Shown in pieces: positions 39,582-53,001 of a DNA stretch of 64,000 nt (positions are counted from its first letter, which is position 1; each line of letters starts with the position of its first letter). The position numbers and the translations under genes are program-made. The DNA lies in the NCBI GenBank assembly GCA_020137815.1, contig CM035350.1, positions 1,426,001 to 1,490,000 of the forward strand. Reading direction: 5' to 3'. The stretch comes from Hormiphora californensis (lineage: Eukaryota; Animalia; Ctenophora). The notes under the pieces were generated by a model. It searched no databases and was not told the origin of the DNA. It worked only from the letters and a program-made list of their open reading frames with translations.

Positions 39582-42500
39582 ATGTCTGGGCATTGTTTGA
39601 TCATCATAACATATATAATTATTTCCTGGTCTCTCTGGCCGCGTGTGCTCAATCACCCACTCTCCTATCATCTCAATCACTCTCACTCTCTCCCATCATC
39701 TCACTCTCTCTCTCCCAACTCATTCCATGCTTCTGCTTTCTCGAACGTTTGTCCTCTTCCTTCTATTGCCTGTACAATGCAGGGGGAGCACCCTGAATTG
39801 CCACAGAGAGAATGTATCGGGCTGGGTTAGGACGGTCTGTGGAGAGGCGGGTCCTGAGTTAACCCTATACGAGTGTGAGGAAGGAGGTGGACTCTATGGG
39901 GCAGCGTACAAGGGGAGCAACTGCTACTTTCAGGTATAATACCTAACGTCCTAACATTCATCTGTTGTGATTGACTAGTTGAGGTCGTGCCAGATTTATT
40001 CCTACCCGTACCCACCCATCCCATTGATTTGTGAGACAACCCCTCACTCTAATACCTGGCTCTATGCCCCATTATGTTTCAGGTTCCACCTAACTGTGGT
40101 GATGGGGTGAGCTACCAATGGTGTGGATGCAATGGAGCTGAACGAGACAACCTAACTGACTGGTAAGTGGTGTGTTACCACTGCTGCAGTAGTACCAGTG
40201 ATAACACTCTCATGATATTACTGTCTTTTATCTCTTTACTACACAGAACAGTATTCATTTTCTCTATAACCCGTATCTCAACCAGCTCTGTGTCATGTCT
40301 CTCTCTCATCTCTATATCATCTCTATAATGTGATTGAAAACCCCAATCTCTATAAACCGAACCCCAAGCTCTCTCTCTGTGCCGAACGTGCCAAGCCCAA
40401 GTTCTCAAATCTGTAAAATATGTATAACACACAGACGACTGTTCTTCGCCACAAAATATGCTGTAACCCTTCTTTGATAATGAGAGAGAGAGAGGTCAGA
40501 GAGTCAAGCTGCAAACAGGGTCTCACGACACCTAAGTTGACAGTTTAACCAACAAAGGTCTTACGACAGATGAACCAACACCCCACCCAGGTGTTCAGTG
40601 GTGGATAGGAGTGACAGGACAGGACAGAAGGAGCTGCACGGTCTGTACTGTATCCACACAGAGTGGGCTCCACACCCTGGGTTCTATGGCTGGGTACCAC
40701 CACCAGACGTGTGTGATGGGGTGAGGCACTGCTCTGATGGATCTGACGAACTAGACTGCTCCGGAGGTATGTGCGTCATGCAGTACTGCTTCAGTAATTG
40801 AAGTGACCTCGAGACTTGAATCCATTCAACTCGGTCCCCCCTCGTGCGTAATAACTACCATCATGTCTAGGGAAATGGTTGTGTTTGAAGTGAGAATGAT
40901 TGAATAGAAATGTTAATTATTCATGACAACTCGATTGCTATTGTTTAGGTCACGAATTACCAGGATTCATCGCGGCATGATCTTAACAATATATATCCAT
41001 TCAGGGATAACATGCCAAAAGACTCTGTCACGGGGATCCGTTAATGATTTTGGGTGGTTGCCAAGTTCCTTCTTGTGTGATGGAATCAACCATTGTCTGA
41101 ATGGTGAAGGTCAGTGTCATCCTCCTGTTATATCAATGCAGTAATCATTCTTTCCGTTATAGTCGAGAAGACTGCCGACTGGTCACGGCGTGCCCGAGGG
41201 TAGTTTAACATTTGTTTGAGTGCACACCTCCAATTCCGGTTGTAACTGGTCGGGAAGACCTCCCTGAAGGTCGTGGCGGTGCGGGAAAAATAGGGTAGAC
41301 CTGCTGCGGCTTCAGAAAATTGAGAAAAAGATAGCTATCTTTTTTTTCACTTTGAAAATAAGACGTTTTTTATTAAAAGATCCTTGATCAGTGAGATACG
41401 GTTGTCCCCCACCTATTTTTTGACGTAGAATCGAATGCCGTTGAAGTCAAATCTCTAAAATGTTGGCAAAATGGAGAAAATCACGTTTTTAGGTGTTTTT
41501 TGGTGAAAAAAGCGTTCAAACTGGTAGTAGATGATGGGATAGAGTCCCAAAAATATCATAAATCGATTTTTTGGGTCTTTTTCGTTCTAGGAACAGAGTT
41601 TCATGAAAATCTGGTACAACGCCTATTCTCCGTTTGCTTTCAAAGAAGGTGAATATTGCTCTAATTTAGCCAATTTTGAAGAAAAGGCGTCCAAAATGAT
41701 ACCAGTTGACAGGATAGAGTCCCAAAAACGTGAAAATCATCAATTTTAGGCATTTTATACCCTAGAAACAAATGGACATGGTGGTCGAATGATATTTTTT
41801 ATCTCGGTAGGCCTCTGAAGTATGTGGAAATAGCCACAATGTAGAGATTGTGGTAAATTAATGTGAATAAACGTTTACCAAACCCACTTTAGCACCTGCT
41901 AAGTTGAAGAGTGGCTCTTGCATAATCCAGAAGCCCACTAAAGTGGGTTTGGTAAACGTTTATTCACATTAATTTACCACAATCTCTACATTGTGGCTAT
42001 TTCCACATACTTCAGAGGCCTACCGAGATAAAAAATATCATTCGACCACCATGTCCATTTGTTTCTAGGGTATAAAATGCCTAAAATTGATGATTTTCAC
42101 GTTTTTGGGACTCTATCCTGTCAACTGGTATCATTTTGGACGCCTTTTCTTCAAAATTGGCTAAATTAGAGCAATATTCACCTTCTTTGAAAGCAAACGG
42201 AGAATAGGCGTTGTACCAGATTTTCATGAAACTCTGTTCCTAGAACGAAAAAGACCCAAAAAATCGATTTATGATATTTTTGGGACTCTATCCCATCATC
42301 TACTACCAGTTTGAACGCTTTTTTCACCAAAAAACACCTAAAAACGTGATTTTCTCCATTTTGCCAACATTTTAGAGATTTGACTTCAACGGCATTCGAT
42401 TCTACGTCAAAAAATAGGTGGGGGACAACCGTATCTTACTGATCAAGGATCTTTTAATAAAAAACGTCTTATTTTCAAAGTGAAAAAAAGATAGCTATCT

Positions 42501-45469
42501 TTTTCTCAATTTTCTGAAGCCGCAGCAGGTCTACCCTATTTTTCCCGCACCGCCACGACCTTCAGGGAGGTCTTCCCGACCAGTTACAACCGGAATTGGA
42601 GGTGTGCACTCAAACAAATGTTAAACTACCCTCGGGCACGCCGTGTGGTAACCATTTTGGTTTTTTTAACCTCTCTTTCTCTCTGTGCGAATAATTTCCT
42701 GTTAGTTCCTAACATTCCCGTCTAACTCAACCACTCCTGTTCAACCACTCCGTTAGATGAAAGAGAGGAGGAGTGCGGTACGGAATGCGAGAAGTTTCTA
42801 TCCCAGTGGACTAGGCATCTTCAAATCATGGCACCAGAGGACAGATGTACCTATATCAGGACAGACTTCCTGAAAGATTTTATCAGGTACTAGCACCAAC
42901 TAGATAATATATGGGAATCTCCATAAACGTCTCGGGAATCTCTTCTCTCTTCAGACGAGTCATAGTGCTTTAGGCTAGGAGAGCTATCTCGATCCAGATA
43001 GCGTTCTTATATCGCTCTCTCTACTCTCGCTCTCGCTCTTATACTCTCTCTTCTATCTCATCTCTCTCTCTCTCTCTCTCTCTTCTCTGAAGAGAAGGAG
43101 AGCGTGGGAGAACTTTATTGGGAGCCAACAGTACTATATAACCAGAAAGTGGTTGGTGAAAAATGAGACGAACCAGAAATATAGTGTTATTTTTAAATCT
43201 CAACTCTATGAATTGATTAAACTCAAACTTTTCGAGGATTTTTGAATAAATTACGGTAAAGTGCTAGAGAACATAAAATAATAATCTTGTCATAATACTT
43301 AATTTTCTCGCGCCGCCAACCCCATCTGAGCGCACTGTCGGATCAAATTGGGGTCTGGCGCCGCGGCGGTTTACTGGTTTGTCGGTGTCTCCCAATCGAA
43401 ACTTTCAATAATAGTTTAACCGATCGTGATCAATCATCCCACTCGTTGCCATTTATAGATTGACGTGACGTTAATGGTTTTATGTTATTTTAAATACCCT
43501 TCGTTCTTTTTAAATACCCCCGTTATCCTCTTCACCAGGTTGAACTGCAGCGCCGAACAAGAGGACTCCCCTTCTGCAATCCGGTGTACCCACTCTGGCG
43601 TGCCCGTGACCCTACCAGAAATGTTTCTGTGTAACGGGTGTCACGAGTGTGACTACCATGAGGACGAGGATGACTGTAGTAGGGGTCACAAGAGTGAGGG
43701 AGTGTGCAAAGGGAAGGACTGTGGAGGGAAAGAGTGCAAAGGGAAGGACTGTGGAGGGAAGGAGTGCAAAGGGAAGGACTGTGGAGGAGGAAGGACTGTG
43801 GAGAGCGATATGAGGTGTCCAACAAGATACGGTTAGTTTTGATATTTTCACTTGTGTGATAGCATTCCTGCCACATGTTGTTGCCTTACTCAGCAAGCCA
43901 CATATACAGGGTGTCCCACTGTCTTTGCGTGACCTGCGATTACTGGTCATGACCGGGTTCCGTCAAATTAATCAAAACTTATCGAAAAATTGGTCAAAAT
44001 GGTTCTAACAAAAACCAGTGTTCTAGAGAATTGTCTCGCGAACATTTTGGTTGCAAGATTGACGTTCCAAGTCTTACCAATCGTCAGATATACCGTCCTA
44101 AAGTCAAAAATACGTGTTCAAGAAATCCGACCGGGGTTCACGTTTTGAAAAATTCACAAATGCAAAGTTGCTCGGATCACATTGCATCCCACATAAGAGT
44201 TGTGGGAAATTGTCTGGCGGTCATTTTGGTACCCGGGTTTTTGTCCTAGCTCAATGTTTAGAGTGTCTTATGACTGTCTAAAGACGAAATTCAACCAGCA
44301 TTTTTGAGGGGATCACGTGTCATCAACAAATGGGTAAAATGATTTGAAATTTACAAGAGCTTCATTGGAATCGTCTAAGGTTCATTTTGATACCATGGTT
44401 TTTTCCATAGCTCTACGTTTAAGTTGCGTTATGACTGTAGGAACATGAAGATTTTTCTATGCTGAGTCTTAGTTGGTATCGGCTCACAACCCCTAATTAG
44501 GTGGCTCGGTGTCGTGTGTAATCCCATGATAATCAGCACATATCGTCTCAATTTCATCGAGACACTTGACAGGGTTGTTATGACGATTTGGCAAGGCCCC
44601 TGTTAATGTGTAGGATACGCAAGTGGTCTATCTCAACCCTATCATGCACTAAGATGTTATTCAAGCAGCTATGAGCTTCATAACAGGGCAAAATGCAATG
44701 CGATACCTGAGACCACTTTTGGGAAAATTCCAGTTCTGACAGTCATAAGACACTCTAAACATTGAGCTAGGATAAAAACCCGGGTACCAAAATGACCGCC
44801 AGACAATTTCCTACAACTCTTATCAGAAATGCAATGTGATCCGAGCAACTTTGCATATGTGAATTTTTCAAAACGTGAACCCCGGTCGGATTTCATGAAC
44901 ACGTAATTTTGACTTTACGACGATATATCTGACGGTTGGTAAGACTTGGAAAGTCAATCTTGCAACTAAAATGTTCGCGAGACAATTCTCTAGAACACTG
45001 GTTTTTGTTAGAACCATTTTGACCAATTTTTCGATGAGTTTTGGTTAGTTTAATGGAGCCCGGTCATGACCCAAAATCTCAGGTCACGCAAAGACAGTGG
45101 GACACCCTGTACAGTATGTACATTGTACACACCTTAGTTGGTGTTGAAAATCTCAAATCAAAATTATATTATTAGACAATTAAGAACATTCTGACACAAA
45201 GCTAAATAAAAATCAAGGTTGTTACTTTGAAGACGCCAGAGACGTCTAATTTGATAGTAAAAGCTGTCATAATGCTGCTTCTGAAAATTTTTTATATCCC
45301 CTCTTCCCCTCTCTATCATTCTTATCTGCTTTGACAAGTCTCACCAACTTTATACCAGCTATCTGACAATATAAACCTGTATGATTTTATGTCTCACCCC
45401 ACCTGGGTCCCACTCTATCTACCTCTCACTCTCTGCTCCTCCCCTCTCACTCTCTCCGCTCCTCCCCTC

Positions 45470-45544
<75 letters not shown>

Positions 45545-48500
45545 TCTCTCTCACTATATAACCCTTCATCCCATATCCCAGGAAACTATGTGAACGTCTC
45601 CAGGGAGGGTATGTGTAACGGAGTGCCGGACTCCCGGTGCCAGGGTGAGGCAGATGAGGCCCACTGTGAGAACATGAGTTGTCAGAGGAGAGATTGGAAG
45701 AGTGACGATCAACATGATCACACTAACCACCTTCATAAACATCAGATTTGTGATGGAGTCAGGGACTGCAAAGGTAATGAGGGGGGTAGAGATGGAGTCA
45801 GGGACTTAATCGTGGGGGGGGGTACGTGGTATCAGAATGGAAAGAGAGAGAGAGGCGGAGAAAGCAGCAGAGTACTGCATCTGCTCTAGGGCGGGGTACA
45901 ACAATGTAATATGTGGATGGGACATTGCATGCATGACGTCCGATTTATTTACGTCCGTTCCAGTTTAAAGAATTCTTCTTTTTTTCTTCGATTTTAAAGT
46001 TCTAAAAGTATCAAAGCTAGGGATAAATTGAGGTTTGACTGCATTACGACTTCTAAATATACGACAGGGGGAAGAATGGTAAGGGGGTCTTTAATTGTCT
46101 CACAACAAAGGGATGCTTGTCAATGTCAATCTCTAAAATGAAAACATTGATTGTTGAGAGTGTAGTGCACAAACCCCTTTCCTTTTTTGGGTTAAAGACT
46201 TCCACTCCTGTTCACAAATAGAGACCACACAGCACAATCATTGTGTGTGGGTTCCGACTTCCTATTATTATTCCAATGATTACCCCTTTGAACGCTTCTC
46301 ATATTAATATAAAACCACAAGCCCCCCTCCCCCACAAACTTCCCCAATACACCACTAGCCCCCACTTCCCCAATGCAGCTATATAAAACACCACTACCTA
46401 CCCCCACACGCTTCCCCAAAACTTCTTGGTGGGTGGTCCCCCATTATCAAACTTGACATTTCTTTTTGACTTCTCTAGCTCGCCATCCATTGGGCAATAT
46501 TTCAACAATTCTCGAACTTGCACATCTCATCACATGGTGTCTCGGAGGGGGGATCAAATCGAGGGCCGGGGGGGGGGGGTATCACATAAATGGGGTGGAC
46601 ATCAAATAATGATGGTACATAACTGTCCCTGTCATTTAAATTACATCAAACCGTGACCAGAGCTGGAATTCACATGAAACTGATCATAACCATCTCCCCC
46701 GCCCAGGAAATGAGGACGAGAGAAGGTGTGATAAGGAGATAGAGTGCTCCCGAGTCTACACAACAACTGTAAATAACATCCCAGAGAGGTGGCTATGTGA
46801 TGGGGTAAGTGTGTCCAGAACATACTGACAGAGACAATCCTTGTGTTTTGGTGCACTAAGTCGCTTATCGCGTGTAACAACTAACAAATGTTCTTATCTG
46901 TCCCATCCGCATAGTATTCTAGAACATTTTACAGTATATTGGTGCTACATTCAGTCCTACCCCTTATCTGTGTTCAATCGTTTTTGTTTATCTTCATCTC
47001 CGATCCACTGGAAATGCATATACCTCTCATCTCATCATCAACAACATCACGGTACCAATCATCCATCAAAATTCTGTAAGTTCACCTGTCCGTATTGTCT
47101 GTTCACAGATTGTGTAAAGTTTATATTGTGAATGTAATTTACTATTCAAAACACGGTAAACATCGGGATTCCAAACCCAAACTCAAGAAATTCTCAAAGG
47201 CAAAACGTTACCTTGTTCCAGACCAAACTAAACTCAAGACACTCTCAAAGGCAAAACGTTACCTTGATCCAGACTAAACCAAACTCAAGACTCTCTCAAA
47301 GGCAAAACGTTACCTTGTTCCAGACTCAGAAGCTGACAGGACATAAAGCTTGCGTGAGAGTGCCCGAATACAGACCACAAACAGTTAGAATATCAGAGAA
47401 ATTTTGTTTGATTTTGGTGTAATTTTGAGCGTGATATTTTAGCTACTATCTTTCATACAGACCACAGACTTTATGACAGGTTGCAACACCGTTCTGTCGT
47501 GCGGCAGAGTTTGGTACGCTATAACCTAGAGCCACACACACACACACACATACTGACCACCATGTTCGGGTCAATATCCCCTTTCTTTATTTGAACGAAA
47601 GTTTTCTTCTAGAAAGAGGTAATTTATTCCAAATTTGTCATTTTTGTCTGTCGTCAACGCGGTTCTGTTCAAGTTTATTGGTCACCAACTCTGCGAGCAT
47701 ATTATACCTTTTTCTTCTAACTCAACGACATTCCTCAAAAACTTCTTTGCCAAACATACTTAAGTAGTAACCGTGGTAACGCTGTCCAACACTAAGGGGC
47801 CGGAGCCAGGAGGGACATTCCAAAAGACATGCACATTTTACAAAATATGTCAAGCATACTAAGTTGCAGGGTGAATATATTTCTACTACTTATCCGGCCG
47901 AGTATTCTCCATTTTCTTCAAGCATACAGGGCCCCTCTGATCTCACCTCTAATTACGGGGACATTTTACCGGCCCGGTGTCTCCCATAATTGTCTCAAAA
48001 TATTTTTGCTGCACTACATGCATTTCCCAACGACTGACAAACAACTTTATCACCCCAATTTCCCATGATAATCACAACTTCCTCACTCCCCTAGGTTCAC
48101 CTATAGGGTTAACTAATCAACACTCCCCCAGGTTCAGGACTATAGGGTTAACTAAACAACACTCCCCTAGGTTCAGGACTGTGAGGATGGAAGAGATGAG
48201 GACAGGTCACTGTGGTTAGAGTGTGCAGATAAGAGTCGGTGTTACACCAACAGTAGCCGGTGTGATGGGTTCATGGACTGTTCAGATGGCAGTGACGAAA
48301 TCGATTGTGCTAGAAGAATCGGTGAGTGAGATAAGAAGGACGTGAGAGAATGAGAGAGAATTGTTGCATGCGATGATATAACGTCATCCTAGAACTCTTG
48401 TTTGGTTGTAACCACGGTATTACATCACACTTGTTGTGATAGTAACCATGGTAACCATTAAATCACACTTGTTGTTACTATCACCCTCCTACTCAGGTTT

Positions 48501-51500
48501 TAAGTGTTCCCGGGGGGAGCCGCGTGTAATTGACGTGGCAGATATATGTGATGGGACCCCGGACTGCCTGAGTGGCATTGACGAGCGTTATTGTGGTAAC
48601 CGACCCGTTCACCCCTCCTGGGAGAGTATATCCAGTGACCTGTGTGAGGAGGAATGCGGGAGTTTCACCCGTGATTACCTGTCACCAGATTTGGAGGTGC
48701 ACAGAAAGGTGTACAGTTTTAATAACACCCGCACCTGTGCTAACCTATACTCCTCCGAATACGTGACATTGGCATGCAGTGGTAAGTGTGAGATTTTAAT
48801 TTAATATTGATTCCCTCCTCTCCTGCTTGTAGCTTTTAAGTATGTTTAAAAAGCTTTTCTCGTGTTCCCAAAGAACAACTTTTCTTATCGCTCGACCAGA
48901 ACACTGATATTTTGAAAGGTTTTAACATTTTAAAACATTAAAAACGTTTCTTCCCCTCCCTCCCTCCCTCCCCCTCTCTCTCCTAGCTCCCCTCTCTCTC
49001 TCCTAGCTCCCCTCTCTCTTATCACTAATAACGTCACACAGGGATGTGTAAGGAGGAGCACGATATGGAGGCACTATGTTCCCTGGTAGAGGTGAGTCAA
49101 TGTGAACATGCCCTGGAACAGATCAACTCCTACCACGAGGGAACCATACACACCTACGCCAGGATCCTACCTGGACGAGACTTTGAACGGAAGGTATTGG
49201 ACTGGGTGTACAACATGTTTATCAGTGGTTATTAACTCAGGGTCTTGTCCAGACTCATTCACGTTATGCAGTCTGATGTAATAAAAGGTCCCCACCTTCC
49301 TGATGTGAACCCCACAATTCAACCCCCAACTCTACCTCGGCTAACCCCCCCCCCTCCCCTCCTTCAGGTGTCCCACCCCTTACCTCCCTGACAATCCTCC
49401 CCCAGGTGTTCCCGTGTGGTGATGGGAGGTGTATCCCGGTAGACCGGGTGTGTGATCTGGTTAATGATTGTGGACACTGGGAGGACGAGACTCACTGCAA
49501 GAACCACTACCAGTGCACCGGGACAACCAAACTCATCACTTCCTCTCAGGTTAGAAGAATGCAAGAAAGCCAGTTCGAATTAGATCAAAAATATCCATAA
49601 AAGGATACATTGGAGCTGAGGGACGTATGTAGTATAGAATAGAGGGAATGTGGATGATTGAGTTGACAGAGAATGTAGTGGTAAAGAGTTTATGAGGCGC
49701 ATCTAACTATCAGTAATAGAAGGAAGGTGTACCGGCGACCTCTTTTGGTAAACATGAAAACAAGGGATTGGTTTACTGTTTCGGCGTCCACGTTGAGTTC
49801 TAGGAAATAGAAAATAGAGGGGCTAGTGTGGTTAAGAGGTTGTCAAAGATGGTAAATATTGGAGTGAGAGAGTAAGAAAAAGAAAGGAATTCAAAGTCAT
49901 GACGTAATATCACTCAAAGGTGATATTTTCTCACCCTTTATGTTGGTGGGGGTGTCATCTTTATCTCTCAGTCTCCCTCTCTCATACATTTTGTAAAGCA
50001 CTCCCAACCATCTTCAATAACGTCAGATATGTTATATACCCCCGTCACTCAACTAGATGCTTGCCTAGCTAGACCCTGTTTCGCACCCCCCGCCCGTTCC
50101 TTTATAAATATAAAGGGAGGGTTAGAACATAACAACTAGATGCTACTATAAAAGCAACCCATCTCTATCTCAAGGTGACAACTATGTGCCAATTGAGCTC
50201 AAGGCTCTATTGGATACACGCGGCTGACTCCCGAAATAGCTCAGTCACCCCTCGTCTTTTTAGCACCTATTTTCTGACCCAGCATCTTTCATCATCATTG
50301 CCTAGCTAGACTGTGTTTCGCGCGCCCCGCCCTTTACAAATGTAAAGGAGGGTTAGAACATAACAACATCATCACACTAGCTCCCCATTGCATCACCTCC
50401 CCCTCCTTATTTGTAAACCATCACCTAACATTATAAACCTGTAAACCTTCCTATCCTCCAGGTGTGTGATGGGAGGGTGGACTGTCTCGATGGTAGTGAC
50501 GAGTGTGGTAGGATCCTGTCCGGCCCCCTCCCTCCTCTCCACAGAGAGTCACAAACTCCACTCCCAGGTGGTGGAGACTCTAGTGACCCTGATGGGCATC
50601 ATGGGCATGATCCTGAACACTATTACATTCTTCCTCCTAGCAGCATCACCAGTCACGTGATCACTTCCGGTACTCCCAGAAGACCATCAACTTCATCCTG
50701 CTAAAGGGTGCCTCAATTGCAGCAGTGGGACTCTCTACCTACCTCTTCCTGCTCAGTTGGAAGAGTCATGCTCACGGAGGGGGTTCCGGTGACTTTAGTT
50801 ATTGTCTAGGTAAGGGTGACTGGTTGAGGTCTTCAACATGTGAGGAGTTGGGCATGCTCAGCACAACTAGTCTCCTGGCATTTGTTACCCTTATCACCAT
50901 CTCCAACATCATTTCCACCAGATACAACCTGGGTAGGTGTACCCCCGAGGTGGCAGGAGGGGGTGTTGGGATAGGGGCTGGTAATGCAGCTACATGGAGC
51001 GCTAAAAGTGCCTTCATCTTTCTAACCCTCCTGGTATTCTTCCTCTCCTTCTGTACCTCCTACATACCCCATCTCAAGCTATATGAGAACGTGTTTGGGG
51101 AAGATGTGATATACGATAAGCTGCCCTCAGCTAACGGAACCCGAGCCCACTTTAAACGGGTCACCCGCGATTACTATGATGGTAACGTTCACCCACAAAC
51201 CTGGGACGAGATCCACGATCTGGTGAGGGGCATGTTTGTGGGTCTTCTCGAGCCTGTCCGGTACTCCTTCATAAAACTTTACGGTGGAACTGATATCTGT
51301 GCATTTCCCCTGCTGGTCACCACGAACAGTCGACCCAAGGCCATCTACCAAAGTGCCGTGTTAGTGTTCCTCGTTCTTTCAGTTAACCTAAACCTCCTGA
51401 TGACTCTGCTGTCTGCACTGTTTGGGGGACACACCAAGACTGATTTCCCTCACCATCTGGTTCAACTGTACTGCATCCTCGGTGTTGGATCTCTCTGCCC

Positions 51501-51867
51501 CTGGGTATTCCTTTGCTCCCTGCACACCCTTGGTGCACTGGATCTAACCTATACATACACCATGGTAACCATGGCAACCATGATTCTTTTGTCTCTTAGC
51601 AGCCCCTCTGGGGTGCTCCTGTATGCTCTACACAGGAAATGTGCCCAGTTCCGAATACAGACGGCGTCCTATCCCAGTGTGGAGGAGTTAGTCCTGGGGC
51701 AGAGTGGAAGTGGTGGTAACCATGGTAACGGTGAGGATGGTAACCATGGTAACCATGAGAGTGGTGTCGTGTTCCTTGGCGAGGCTGCTTCTGCTGTTAC
51801 TCAAGAAGAAGAAGAAGGTGGCAAAGGGGCTTTTAGTACTTTCGAAACCAGTATAACCGGAATGTAA
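39582..51867 (+). CDS. LDL-receptor class A repeat-containing GPCR (GRL101-like architecture), multi-exon
   Basis: Many LDLa exons ([94 protein letters not shown]). Terminal exon has ~7 hydrophobic helices incl. [18 protein letters not shown] and [10 protein letters not shown]. Two apparent frameshifts near 50520 and 50650; start approximate. Confidence 0.75.
41184..42645. mobile_element. Foldback non-autonomous DNA transposon (Chapaev/CMC-like) in GPCR intron
   Basis: ~709-bp near-perfect inverted arms (41184-41892 / 41938-42645), 45-bp spacer, CACGG...CCGTG termini, 4-bp TSD TGGT. Confidence 0.85.
43907..45109. mobile_element. Non-autonomous Tc1/mariner element with long TIRs
   Basis: TA|CAGGGTGTCCCACTGTCTTTGCG...CGCAAAGACAGTGGGACACCCTG|TA; imperfect TIRs of ~370 bp. 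Confidence 0.85.
47179..47325. repeat. Minisatellite, ~3 x 50 bp
   Basis: aaactcaaga...tctcaaaggcaaaacgttaccttgttccagac repeated three times. Confidence 0.85.
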
Positions 51868-52907
51868 TAATTAACTGTATGTGACAGCCCCACCCTCTCT
51901 ATGTCAATTGCGGCGTTGTGAAACGGAACGTTTGCGGTTTGTGACACACTATGAAATGGTTTTTATGATGTTTTGTTTAAAAAAATCGGTCAAGTTTATA
52001 ACTTTTTCTATTGTCCTAAAAAGATAAGTGGTAGCAAATATAGTCCGAGAAAGGTCTAGTGAGGTAATCGGTTACCAGAACAAAAAGAGTGTGTGGCAAT
52101 GCTTTCAAGAAACATTATGTAGTCACTGATATACCATTTAACAATGTGATGAGTTTCCTAATGAACGCATAAAATACAAACTTACTTAGGTGAATGAATG
52201 ATGAGAGATACAGTAGTACAACACATACAGCCTGTCTGGCGACGCCAACCCCATCTGACCACACCATGTCAAAGCGGGGTCTGGTGGTACCAGACAACTG
52301 GCTCTGAACATGGTAACATGGTAACCTCAAAACAGGTGGGGGGGGGGGGTCTCTTACCTGAAGGAACCTCCACTGGCCCCTGTTGTAACGTAACGTGTCG
52401 TTGGATCAAACTGGACCATTGCTCCGTCTGTCAGTGGGGTGATGGGCAGCGAAGACGGCTGAGAGAGAGAGAGACTGTGAGAGAGGGTTGGACAGTTGTG
52501 ACTGTGAGAAATGTCAAAATGAGCACTCTCAAAGCCTAGCTTATAATAATCTAGTTCTATAAATAGATTTGAAGGGAAAAGTATAAACTATTTCCCCCTT
52601 CTGCAGAACCATCCCTTCACAAACACCCCTTCTTGCCTCCCCATCCCTGACTACGGCCCCTCCAAACACACACCCTTCAAACACACACACCTTCTTGAGA
52701 GCTGAGAGGGCTGTTCCTCGGAATGATTTGTGGTACTGGGCCGAGGTGGGACAAGATTGGTCCTCCTGCATAATCGGCTGAATACGGCTGGTATAGATCA
52801 ACATGGTGAGATGGGAGGAAGGAACAAAGCAATACGACAGGTATAGACACTGGTACAGAGAGGGAGAGAGGGAGAGAGAGGGGGAGAGAGAGAGAGAGAG
52901 AGGGGGG

Positions 52908-53001
<94 letters not shown>

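Noticed and set aside
50462-50725. Frameshifts at the LDLa-7TM junction as programmed frameshifting or pseudogenisation
   Set aside because: Similar indels interrupt PPAN and the EF-hand gene, so assembly error is more likely; needs read check.
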